Below are positions 28,218 to 37,787 of a stretch of DNA of 44,769 bases, in pieces. Made by a program: the position numbers and the translations under genes. A model generated the notes under the pieces. It made no database searches and was not told the DNA's origin. It was given only the letters and a program-made list of their open reading frames with translations. The number at the start of each line of letters is the position of its first letter. The first letter of the stretch is position 1. Source of the stretch: Bigelowiella natans CCMP2755 (Eukaryota > Protista > Cercozoa); the NCBI GenBank assembly GCA_000320545.1, contig ADNK01001236.1:1-44769 (forward strand). The letters are read 5' to 3'.

Positions 28218-28890
28218 CTTATGTGGATTGGTCAGTTACTACAAGGATGCCCGAAGTAACCACTCTGGGGGGACAGAGATCGCTTGGCTCCAAACGCGTT
28301 GAAACTTGCTCAGTTTAATTCGGCACAGTAATTTCTGTAGAAATGTCCTGCAATATACCTCCTTTCTACAACTTAGGTCCTGCGTATGCAAGCAGATTGG
28401 CGTGCAATGTTTCGTTTTTTGCCTTGGAGAGCATGCCGAGAAGATATATTTTTTATTTTTTTGAATTTGCAAAAATGTACTGGGCTAGCGATGTCTCAAG
28501 TCGAAAATGATGGGTGAGTGGCTTATTTCTTTTCTCTAATGGATGTATGCCACTTTTGACCTGCGGCTGAAAATTTAGACAGAAATTGTTTCGCGTTGCT
28601 GCTGTCCGTTTCGCGAGCTACAGTGCGCTCTACGTGAAAAATATTTAGATGTTCTCCCAGCATAAGATCTAACGAACATCGGAGTATGCGTTTCTGGGAA
28701 CAAGCGTTACAGTTTTCAGAAGACTTAAGTTGAAAACTAATTGGGGGAAGTACCCAGAATCCAGGTCTCCCGATGAGATAGGGGGAAAATCATATTTCTG
28801 GTTTTATAACGTTGTCGCAATTATAAATTATAGTCCAATTTAAATCGGATCGTCGGTTTCTACTTAGACGTTGGCCCTCTCACATCTCAT

Positions 28891-29215
28891 ATGGAGCAGA
28901 AAACGTTGCACCATGCTGGAGGGAAAGAGAAGGGGGATGGGGCGTTTCAAGGCAAGCAGCCGTTGGAACTGGAACATCTTATTGGATACACTTCGAAATA
29001 TCTGAATTCAGTGAAGTTCCATACGCACGAGAAGGACACTGTCGTCTACACCATCGGAATGGTTTTGGCCATAGCAGACCTTAAAAATCCACATAAGCAG
29101 AGGTACTACTGAACGAAATTGCTAAGTCCCCCGATGGGCCGTCCCTTTTTCTATCAAATTGTGCTAAACATTATCTTTCAGGTTTATTTGCGAGTATATC
29201 CTCTCATTCTCATTC

Positions 29216-29267
<52 letters not shown>

Positions 29268-30505
29268 TGTGTGTGTTTGTGTCTCGCATATATTAATTTC
29301 TCAGCATGTGAGACGTGCTGCTGTGTGTGCACTTTTTGTCCATGCACGTCTTCCTTAACCATCGTACTGTGCCACAGGTTTCTACGAGGACATGATTCAC
29401 CCGTGTGTTGCTTCGACATATCACCATGCGGAAAGATGGTGGCATCTGGACAAGAAGGCTCCAAGCGTTTCAAGGGTGATATGGCGCCGGTCGTGATATG
29501 GTCATGGGCCGGCAAAACTCTCGGCCAGTTCCCAGGACTCGTTGGTTCTGTCATTACAATTGCTTTCTCGCCAGACTCAAAGTACGTGGCCGCTAGCGGG
29601 GCCAACAAGATGCTCTACATATGGAGCCTTGAATCTGGGGATGTCGTCATTGCACAGAAGTCAGAAAAGGTTGTTTTTTCATCAACCACGCTTGTTTTGT
29701 TTACTCTGTTTTTCCTTACTTGGATCACAATCTTGGGTTCATCGTGGATTACATACAGAGCCGGAGAGGATTGGAGAGAAACGCCTAGCGATTTACCTAC
29801 TACTCCTCTCTTGTTGAAACCTTAAAAATTGTTCTAATTCTCCTCGCCATCTTTCTCAATCTTCACATTGTACAATTCAGATTGTAACCAGCATCGTATG
29901 GGGCCCGATGTCCCGAGGCCGGTCGCGCCGCAACCCAACCTACTCCCTAGTCACGACGCCATCACCCCTTTTTAGATATCACATCCTCGAGTTCGAGTCA
30001 AGGTCTATGCAGTACGTGCTTAAGACTTATCCCTGCCAGTTTCCAAGCAGAGGACTCTCGCGAACGTACATGTCGACGATAATGGATAATCTTGGTGAAA
30101 GCGCAATATCCGGCACAGAGGTAGTGTTCTACCTAGAAATAATAAAGGCAATGCTTTCTTTGCCCCTTCAGAGTAACCTACCCCACGTTTTCACTTAAAA
30201 TAAAGATGAAGCATCTTGTTCTTTGTTATAACTGTTCGTCTGTTCGTCGTCCTCCTCCCCCTCCTCCTTCCTCCTTCTTCTCTCTCGGTACTACAACTAC
30301 AAAGGCCGGAGATATGTTGGTTTTTAGCATGAGAAACTCTGTTTTTCGCACAAGAATTCCCATCTGTGCAAGCGGGATTAGCTCGGTGGTGAAGGCAAAG
30401 GACAACGTTGTCTACCTTGGAGGAGGGTACAGCTAGCATATTCAATTCAATACGTGCTTTGCCATCCGAATACTGTGTCGGTTGGCGCCTTATTGTACGT
30501 GATGT

Positions 30506-30544
<39 letters not shown>

Positions 30545-32199
30545 TGTATGTATGTGCATGTGAATACATGTTTATATGTGTCTACCACCCTCTCTCGGTT
30601 CCAATGATTTTGTGTTGGGAGTGTAGGAAATGTGTCTTTTCCCCGAGACCGAGTGTGCAACAAGATGTTTGATCGGCCATATTTATCTTTTCGATTAACA
30701 TAGGGACGGAAGCGTGAAGAAGTTGCGTGGGAGCGATCGAGACTGGCAGGTACTCGGTGAGACAAAGATACCAGGTAGAATCGTATCGTTATCTCTCAAC
30801 TCTGATGAGAGCTGCCTGGTTGCTGGGATGGCACACGGCTCCATGTGCATTCTCGACACGACGAGTCTCAAGTAATAATAATGCCACGAAAACAATGGTT
30901 TTCCCTCAAATATATTGGGATTGAGTGAGGAAAGCTCGAGGCACAAACGGGCGGGGCGGGGCGGGGAGGGAGGGATGGAGGAGGGGGAGCACGAAATGTC
31001 GAGTCTAGCTATCAAGATGTGTTTCGACATGTTCGCGTTGTCAGGTATAAAATAGCTGGTGAAAGTCACATGGCTGGGATCAACGACATAGCCTTTGGCA
31101 AGAAGGACTCCTCATATTGCTGCACGATATCCGAGGATAGGCTCCTTCGAGTCTGGAATCTAGGTACTACTGTTGCGGCAGCGGCAAGCTAGTACAATGA
31201 AAACACACGCGGTTGATAGTGAATTGTGTCGTACCGAAGTCATCGCACGGAATATTGGCGACATCGCCTTTTTATTCGTATCCCCTTGGCAAATACAAGC
31301 CTCAAAATAGTTCCGATCCTGCGTTTTATTCACGCGCGCGCACACACACGACACACGACACGCCACACTCCCCCTCCTCCCTTCGTCGCTGATTCCTTGG
31401 TGTGCCCCCCCCAACACAACAAGGCAACTATCACGTCCAGCGAACGATCAAAGGCCAATGCGCAGGGCGGCGGTGCCTGATAGATTCCGTGCGCGGTGAG
31501 ATAATATCTGGATGGTCGAATGGCGCTGTGCGTGCATTCTCGATTGATACAGGGCGTGAGAGCTGGTCGATCGCCAAAGCGCACAAAGGGGCCATTACGT
31601 GCCTCGATATTGGGCAGGGAAACCTCCTAACTGGGGGGGAGGACGGGTCTGTACGAATCTGGTCAACGCCATCGTGCCGATTGGTGACGCAATACCAGGC
31701 CCACCAGGGCGCTGTAGGGGAGGTGCTTGCGGACATCTCGCAGCCACACCTTGTCCATTCTTTTGGCCTCTCGGACCGTGCCATCTCGACGTACAACGCG
31801 AAGAAGGACCAGAAGATCATCGCGCACATGATCCAGAACGGCGGCTTCTGCTCCATGACGCAGCGGATTGACTCGGAGGAGGAACTCGTTACGGGGCTCT
31901 CGCACGGCTACATTCTCTTCTGGGACTGCGACGAGAAGAACCCGGTCGGGAAGGTCCTCGATAGCGGCCGCTCAGCAATCACGGCACTCGCGCTGTCTCC
32001 CGATGGAAAGTACCTGGCGCTCTCGGGCGCCGACTACCGGCTGCGCGTCTACGAGGTCAAGACTATGAAGCTCGTAGCACGGTGTGGCGGTCACGGAGGT
32101 CGTGTGAACAGATTGAGGTTCAGTCCCGATCAGCGGCAGATCGTCAGCGTTGGCGCTGATGCCGCTGTCTGCGTCTGGAACTTCTACCTAAGTCCTTAG
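28891..32199 (+). CDS. CFAP52/WDR16-like ciliary WD40-repeat protein
   Basis: N-terminal LELEHLIGY...VVYTIGMVLAIADLKNPHKQ-RFLRGHD, ASGQ, AHKGAITCL..LLTGGEDGSVRIW, and C-terminal GHGGRVNRLRFSPDQRQIVSVGADAAVCVWNF. Orthology versus paralogy to CFAP52 is not resolved. Confidence 0.8.
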
Positions 32200-32754
32200 A
32201 TAACTAGCCCAGTGGTCTGTGTAGTTAGTTGCGTTTGCGTGTGGCAGTAGTAGTGGAGCAGCAGCGGCAGCGGCAGAGTAGCCCTGCTGCGCGTAGCTCT
32301 CTAGCTTCGATGCCAGGCGCTTCTCCCCTTGGGTCAACAAACAATGCTGTGGATTGTTGCATTTCCATCCATTGTCATTTGCTCAATCATTGATTGAATC
32401 CCAGCGTCTGTTCTCTCACATGTGTCGATGCGATCGCGATGTTCATTGCATGCACTACGCATTGCTGTGTGGCGTGTTCACGATTTTGGGCATCATCATT
32501 GGTAGTCAATCTGTCAATCCCCCCCCCCCCGCAATGAGCCGATCGACGTAAATGCAGAATTTCATTCGGGAAAAATTTTGTGGAGCAACATGATCATTGT
32601 GGACACCAGCGCAACACATGAGACGGATGCAATGAAATGTTCAAATTTTTTCAATGGTCATCCTGATGTAGCCATGCTAGCATGCAATCCACCAGCGTCA
32701 TTTGATTGCACACAATGCACATGTTGCTCTGTGTCTCTGTTGTCACATGATGAT

Positions 32755-33108
32755 GCAGCAGACTGCCACACCACACCCCACATTTGATTTCCCATCTGCC
32801 GTCAGTAGGGGAATGACACAAAATTTTCATTTCAAAAATTCACCTACTGACGACCTACTGCTGAACTGAATTGTTAGAATGACATGGCAAAATTGCACGA
32901 GCATGACATGTCAAGTGTTCGACATTTGATTTCCCATCAGCAATCAGTAGCAAAATGTGCGAAAATGCGCAACATGAAAGCTTCACCTACTGACGACCTG
33001 CTGCTGAACTGAATTGCTATGATGACATGATGAAAATGTTCTACCCATGTGTTTTGTGAAAACAATCTTTGTTAAAAATGACATAGCAAAATCCACAGCA
33101 GAGCATCG
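32755..33108 (+). repeat. Left terminal inverted repeat (354 bp)
   Basis: Reverse complement of 37788-38141, compared line by line. Only 2 mismatches, both near the outer end (gactgcc/gactacc and ccacacc/ccatacc). Confidence 0.97.
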
Positions 33109-33147
33109 TTAAAAACACTGTAAATTTGTTCTCACCTAAAATAATAA

Positions 33148-33879
33148 ATGAGAATATTCAAATCAAAACAAGGAAAACCATTAGATGAATGGCTGACGGA
33201 AGAACAATTTAGATCTTTGAAAAACAAAAGATTTTTGCATGTAATATCATCAAACATGGACACACACAAAAGAAAACCTACTGAAGAACTTGTTGTTAAA
33301 TTTGGGCAAGGTAAGGGAACTCAGCCAGCATCAAGATTAAAAGATTACATATCATATTGTGGATACACTGATAGCAAAAGGCCCTGGATGGGTTGCAAAT
33401 TACATTATTTATTCATCACTGAAAAGAGTAAAAAAGTAGCAGCAATAAACTCTATGGTTCATAAATATGAACTCAAATTAAAACAGTATGCTAAAAAAAA
33501 CAACTTGTTAGTAGACAGAGGCGATGAAAGGATATTGATAAGATTAAGTAAATTAATTAGAATATTAGATTATAAACAATTTAAAAAACTCACAGACATT
33601 GAGTCAAAACCTACATACAATTTACGAAATAAAAAGCAGAAATACATCGTTGAAATATTAGACCATACAAACAAAGCAAAGAAAAATAACCATCAAAAAC
33701 CTACTACCTTCAAAGTGAAATACAGTGATGGTAGTGTAGAAGGAACAATTAGAAATGTATTACCTAATGATGTTAAATCAAAGAATTTTGATAAGTTATT
33801 TAGAGAATATTATGAAAAATCAAATGATAAAGACAATATTAAATTAGAAGATGAATATGTAAAACATCTTGGTATTTAA
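33148..33879 (+). CDS. Element ORF1, Lys-rich 243-aa protein with a C-terminal chromodomain-like segment
   Basis: Intronless AT-rich ORF starting 40 nt inside the left TIR. YIVEILDH...TTFKVKYSDG resembles the chromo consensus Y.VE.ILdh....ylVKW.G. Confidence 0.75.
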   Translation: MRIFKSKQGKPLDEWLTEEQFRSLKNKRFLHVISSNMDTHKRKPTEELVVKFGQGKGTQPASRLKDYISYCGYTDSKRPWMGCKLHYLFITEKSKKVAAINSMVHKYELKLKQYAKKNNLLVDRGDERILIRLSKLIRILDYKQFKKLTDIESKPTYNLRNKKQKYIVEILDHTNKAKKNNHQKPTTFKVKYSDGSVEGTIRNVLPNDVKSKNFDKLFREYYEKSNDKDNIKLEDEYVKHLGI

Positions 33880-34091
33880 TCATCTACTAAAATATCATAC
33901 ACAGCCCATTTTATATCTTTATTAAAATCAAATGGTTTTTTCATAATTTGTAATTTGATAAATAAATCACTATTTTCTGTTATCAGTAATTTATTAATTT
34001 TTTGTAATTTGTTTATCCTTTCTTCTAATTTTTTTAATCGTTTCTCTAATAAAGTGCCGAGTCTTGGAGCAGAGCCCGTCTGTATTCTGTT
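33876..34091 (-). CDS. Possible small coiled-coil ORF convergent with ORF1 (no ATG seen)
   Basis: Stop-free frame LLEKRLKKLEERINKLQKINKLLITENSDLFIKLQIMKKPFDFNKDIKWAVYDILVDD*. Its stop overlaps the ORF1 stop in TTAA at 33876-33879. Confidence 0.4.
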   Translation of the reverse strand, partial: NRIQTGSAPRLGTLLEKRLKKLEERINKLQKINKLLITENSDLFIKLQIMKKPFDFNKDIKWAVYDILVDD

Positions 34092-34182
34092 TTATTTGGA
34101 GGTCCCAGTCGTGATATTGATAAAAAAATAGTTGATAAATACGATATTCCTTTATTGGAATAAAAAAATCTATAGTAATGTA

Positions 34183-34338
34183 ATGTTAAAAAAATTAACC
34201 AAAAGACAGAAAGATTTATTAGCAGCTCATAGCAAGCATCATAGTAAAAAACATGTGGCATCTATGAGAATGAATCTAATGTTAGGTAAAACTTTCAAAG
34301 AAGCACACGAGATAGCAACTAAAAAGTATGGTAAGTAA
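34183..34338 (+). CDS. Small basic His/Lys-rich protein (51 aa) of viral type
   Basis: MLKKLTKRQKDLLAAHSKHHSKKHVASMRMNLMLGKTFKEAHEIATKKYGK. From memory it resembles small hypothetical proteins of marine viruses (unverified). Confidence 0.7.
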   Translation: MLKKLTKRQKDLLAAHSKHHSKKHVASMRMNLMLGKTFKEAHEIATKKYGK

Positions 34339-34360
34339 ATAATTTTTATTATTATTATTA

Positions 34361-36316
34361 ATGATAATAAATCTTATTAAATATTTATTAAAAACAATAG
34401 ATAAATTCATATGTAATAAAATTACAGGACAGCTTGAGAAGAAATACAATCACAAATCAGTGTGTAAAATTTACAAAAATTTGAATGAAGCAAACCATTA
34501 TAAGAAATTATGTGGCGGCGAAATTAACCCTATCAGTGATGATCTATTCTTACTTGTAAGAACCACTAAAAAACTGGTAAGAGAAACATTCAAACCTGTT
34601 AAAGATGTGATGTATGACCTTGTTTCTGTCAAGATGTTTAATTCATGTAACAAATGTTTATCTGTAGGATTACATCCTGTGGCTATTAAAACTGATTGTG
34701 TTATTGTAAGAGATAAAGTTGACAAGATTAAACCTTACTTTGATTTTAATAAAGACATTGGTGGTGTGAAATTGGAGGAAAAAACTAAGGTCATGGGTCA
34801 ATGCTTCATTCCTTTAGAAAATGAAGTGGTAGAACCTAAAACAATCAACATCAATGAGATTGACATTGTGAATGAATGGAACACAGAAGAAATTACAAAC
34901 GTATTTGATAAGTATGATGGAACTCTTGTGAATGTTTTACTACCTGGTAGTGGTAAGAGTTATTCAGTTAAAAAATGCAAAGGTAAAAAAATCTTGTTCG
35001 TAGCACCGTTTAATGAATTATGCCAAAATATTCGTGAGAGCGGACACGATGCTATTACTTATCACAGATTATTTAGCCTTGACATTCATAACAACGAATG
35101 TAAATACATAAGAAAATTTGATATTTCACCATGTGATGTCATGTGCTTTGATGAGGTTTGTGTGTATTCACTACATCAACTATCAAAAATTAAGTCATTT
35201 ATGGATAAGCATGTTGATAAAAAATTTATTGCTACTGGTGATTTAGCTCAATTGGATCCCATTGAAAACGAATGTCTGTTTAACAACATCAAAGACCTTG
35301 ATGTCAGAACAACTGAAGCCATGAATGATATGTTCCCTAATCAAATCACTCTTAAAATCTGTAAGAGAGTAAAAACAGACGAGGAAAGAAACACTCTTGC
35401 ACGATTAAAACAAGAAATATTTGATGTAAAAACTAAACCATTTGATGTGCTAAAAAAATATTTTAAAGTTGTTGAAAGTATGGATGAAGTAAAAACACTT
35501 AATAACATTACCTTCTACAACTTTAGATCCCGTTCAGTAGGCAAGTGCATCCACGGTCTACAAAAGAAACCGAGAAAAAAGGTTTATGTAGATGGTATTT
35601 GCTACTATGCTGGTATGGAGATTGTGTGTAAAAAATGTAATAAGAAACCAAAACTATGTGTGAACTATGCTTGTGAAATTGTTAAAGTAAGTAAAAAAGA
35701 ATTTGTGATACAGGATGTATGTGATGTGGAAGAAATAAGAATTCCTATGGAATTAATTAGTAAGCATTTTAGATCATCATATGCCTCTACCTGTCATAGT
35801 TTCCAAGGATTATCAGTAGATGGCCCTATCACCGCATTCGACACTGACACCTGTAGAATTAATCGCAAGTGGCTCTGGACTGCTATGACTCGTTCAACTG
35901 ACCTATCACAGATACAAATGTGTCAGCACAGCGATAAAGAATGCTACAGATTAAAAGAAAGTATGATTTCTCAAAAACTACGAATGAAAGTATCTTCACA
36001 TGAATCTCAGGACAAAAGAGCTGGTAGAACTTGGAAAGATAAAGAATATATTGATGAGGAATGGATAAAAAGAACTGTTAATGATCATCCACAATGTCCT
36101 GTGTGTAGATGTGGATTTACTGCTGACAATGTTTCTGTGGATAGAATTGATGATGATCTACCCCATCTCTGGAACAACTGTAGATTAACTTGTGTTGGGT
36201 GTAATTTATCTCGCAATAATCAGCAAACTTGTCCAGCATTTGGTGAATACACCCCTCGGGATGTTGATTTTGAAGATGAGGTGAGTGATGAGGACCTCAT
36301 CCATCTTGGGATTTGA
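34361..36316 (+). CDS. Degenerate family-B polymerase fragment fused to an SF1 (RecD/Pif1-like) helicase and a C-terminal HNH-type nuclease/zinc domain
   Basis: PolB motif B-like KFICNKITG and degenerate motif C AIKTDC. SF1 motifs: I PGSGKS, Ia ILFVAPFNEL, Ib AITYHRLF, II CFDEV, III ATGDLAQLDPI, V YASTCHSFQGLS, VI WLWTAMTR. C-terminal CPVC...SVDRIDDDLPHLWNNCRLTCVGCN. Confidence 0.9.
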   Translation: MIINLIKYLLKTIDKFICNKITGQLEKKYNHKSVCKIYKNLNEANHYKKLCGGEINPISDDLFLLVRTTKKLVRETFKPVKDVMYDLVSVKMFNSCNKCLSVGLHPVAIKTDCVIVRDKVDKIKPYFDFNKDIGGVKLEEKTKVMGQCFIPLENEVVEPKTININEIDIVNEWNTEEITNVFDKYDGTLVNVLLPGSGKSYSVKKCKGKKILFVAPFNELCQNIRESGHDAITYHRLFSLDIHNNECKYIRKFDISPCDVMCFDEVCVYSLHQLSKIKSFMDKHVDKKFIATGDLAQLDPIENECLFNNIKDLDVRTTEAMNDMFPNQITLKICKRVKTDEERNTLARLKQEIFDVKTKPFDVLKKYFKVVESMDEVKTLNNITFYNFRSRSVGKCIHGLQKKPRKKVYVDGICYYAGMEIVCKKCNKKPKLCVNYACEIVKVSKKEFVIQDVCDVEEIRIPMELISKHFRSSYASTCHSFQGLSVDGPITAFDTDTCRINRKWLWTAMTRSTDLSQIQMCQHSDKECYRLKESMISQKLRMKVSSHESQDKRAGRTWKDKEYIDEEWIKRTVNDHPQCPVCRCGFTADNVSVDRIDDDLPHLWNNCRLTCVGCNLSRNNQQTCPAFGEYTPRDVDFEDEVSDEDLIHLGI

Positions 36317-36351
36317 AGAAGTTGAGAATGGAAATGCGAAATTCAATTTTG

Positions 36352-36395
36352 CGATTTTTTAATGATGATAAATTGTTATCATCATTAAAAAATCG
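36352..36395. terminator. Perfect 20-bp hairpin (4-nt loop) after the helicase stop
   Basis: cgattttttaatgatgataa-attg-ttatcatcattaaaaaatcg, beginning 36 nt after the TGA at 36316. Confidence 0.7.
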
Positions 36396-36608
36396 GTACA
36401 GCTACGGATGTAACCATTGTTTTTGGGAGAAACGGTACAAGTCTCCTCACATTAGATCTACATGTACATGTCGGTTAAGCGATTTGGCCTTCTCTTCTCC
36501 AATTCGCGACATCAATTTTCGGTTCTTCATGTGGAAATAGTAATGCGTTTTCCCTTTGGCGACGCTTGCATGCTGAACTTGATGATCATTGAACCGTCTA
36601 TCTCAGTC

Positions 36609-37532
36609 ATGGTTCCCGCCTTCGCACTTTTGCTACTCTGGGCATCCACAGCTTTAGCGTCCTGTTATTCCGTCCGAAATGACGCGTCGTGGGTTAAGGT
36701 TCGCACGATCAATTCCAGCGCGGCTGACTGTCCATATTTCACCGACAACCTTGACGGGAGTCAAGCTGTTGGTGCTGTCACAGGCGGCGGCGAAGTCATC
36801 CAAACTTACGACGGCAGCAGCATTGTGGGGTTCAAGTTTGAAACGGGTAACGGAGCGAATTTCCTCATCGCAAGAAGGTTTCAAGTCATCGGGGAAACCT
36901 ACGCTGGTTCACCCCAACGAGACGTTTATTGCAGCAGCTATTCCAACAGTTCCTACACAGCAGAGTGGTACAACCGTGGGAGCAACAACCCAAGCGACCC
37001 TTTGATATTTCTCCGAGGCTACAGCACCACCACCACTTCAAAACAAAATTGTTTCTACTGCGAATATGAAGCTAGTCAAGGCGACCCATTCCAAACGATG
37101 TGGCAGGCCAACGGCGGTATTGACATCTACGTGACCTCCAACCAAGTCTTCCCGACCAGTTCTCCAACAGCCATGCCAACCGCAAGCCCCGCAACCGCAA
37201 GCCCCGCAACCACGAGCCCGACCGCAAGCCCCGCAACCGCAAGCCCCGCAACCGCAAGCCCCGCAACCGCAAGCCCCGCAACCACGAGCCCCGCAACCGC
37301 AAGCCCCGCAACCACGAGCCCGACCTCAAGCCCGACCTCTAGCCCGGATGATGACAATGCCGAAAGCATTGTGGGTCCTGTCGTCGGTGCGGTCTGCGGA
37401 TTCTTGGTGTTGGCAGCTGTTGTTGGATACTGCTACTACCAGCGAGGCAAGCCCAGCGTCGACCAAAATGCGAATGACCAAAACTTCGCTGGAGTAGTCA
37501 ATGACCAAAAAGGGGGAAACAACGCATTGTAG
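36609..37532 (+). CDS. Intronless type I membrane protein (signal peptide, ectodomain, (TASPA)n stalk, TM, short tail) carried inside the element
   Basis: Signal peptide MVPAFALLLLWASTALA from ATG 36609. Ectodomain contains WVKVR...AEWYNRG..DPLIFL. Pro/Thr/Ser/Ala stalk, then TM IVGPVVGAVCGFLVLAAVVGYCYY. Clearly more GC-rich than the other element ORFs. Confidence 0.85.
   Translation: MVPAFALLLLWASTALASCYSVRNDASWVKVRTINSSAADCPYFTDNLDGSQAVGAVTGGGEVIQTYDGSSIVGFKFETGNGANFLIARRFQVIGETYAGSPQRDVYCSSYSNSSYTAEWYNRGSNNPSDPLIFLRGYSTTTTSKQNCFYCEYEASQGDPFQTMWQANGGIDIYVTSNQVFPTSSPTAMPTASPATASPATTSPTASPATASPATASPATASPATTSPATASPATTSPTSSPTSSPDDDNAESIVGPVVGAVCGFLVLAAVVGYCYYQRGKPSVDQNANDQNFAGVVNDQKGGNNAL
37179..37346 (+). 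repeat. Coding 15-bp tandem repeat (accgcaagccccgca) encoding TASPA/TTSPA
   Basis: About 11 directly visible units, some with variant or 12-bp forms. Confidence 0.9.
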
Positions 37533-37787
37533 GCCTAAAAATGGATTGCTGCATCGCTGGGGGATGGCAAGTTGTTTGCTGTTGGCGGGGCTAACGATGA
37601 AGATGTTCCTTGCACATCGGGGAAACATCTTCGCATTGCGATGCAGCCTGCTTTGATTTGAACATTTAATCGTTGTGTCATTTTTTATTTACTTTTTTTT
37701 TTTACAATTGCACTAAAATCTCAAATTAATATTTTGTTAAAAACTTTGTTAAAAAAAAATAATATTACTTTTTAAGAGTAAATGATG

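Noticed and set aside
34361-36316. Helitron RepHel interpretation of the SF1 helicase
   Set aside because: No HUH/Y2 Rep motifs are visible, and long TIRs plus PolB-like motifs point to the Polinton/transpoviron group.
36462-36608. Upstream extension of the 356-aa ORF
   Set aside because: The signal peptide begins at ATG 36609, so the upstream in-frame stretch is probably non-coding.
37179-37346. Regular short repeats resembling a CRISPR array
   Set aside because: There are no unique spacers. It is an in-frame 15-bp coding repeat for a TASPA stalk.
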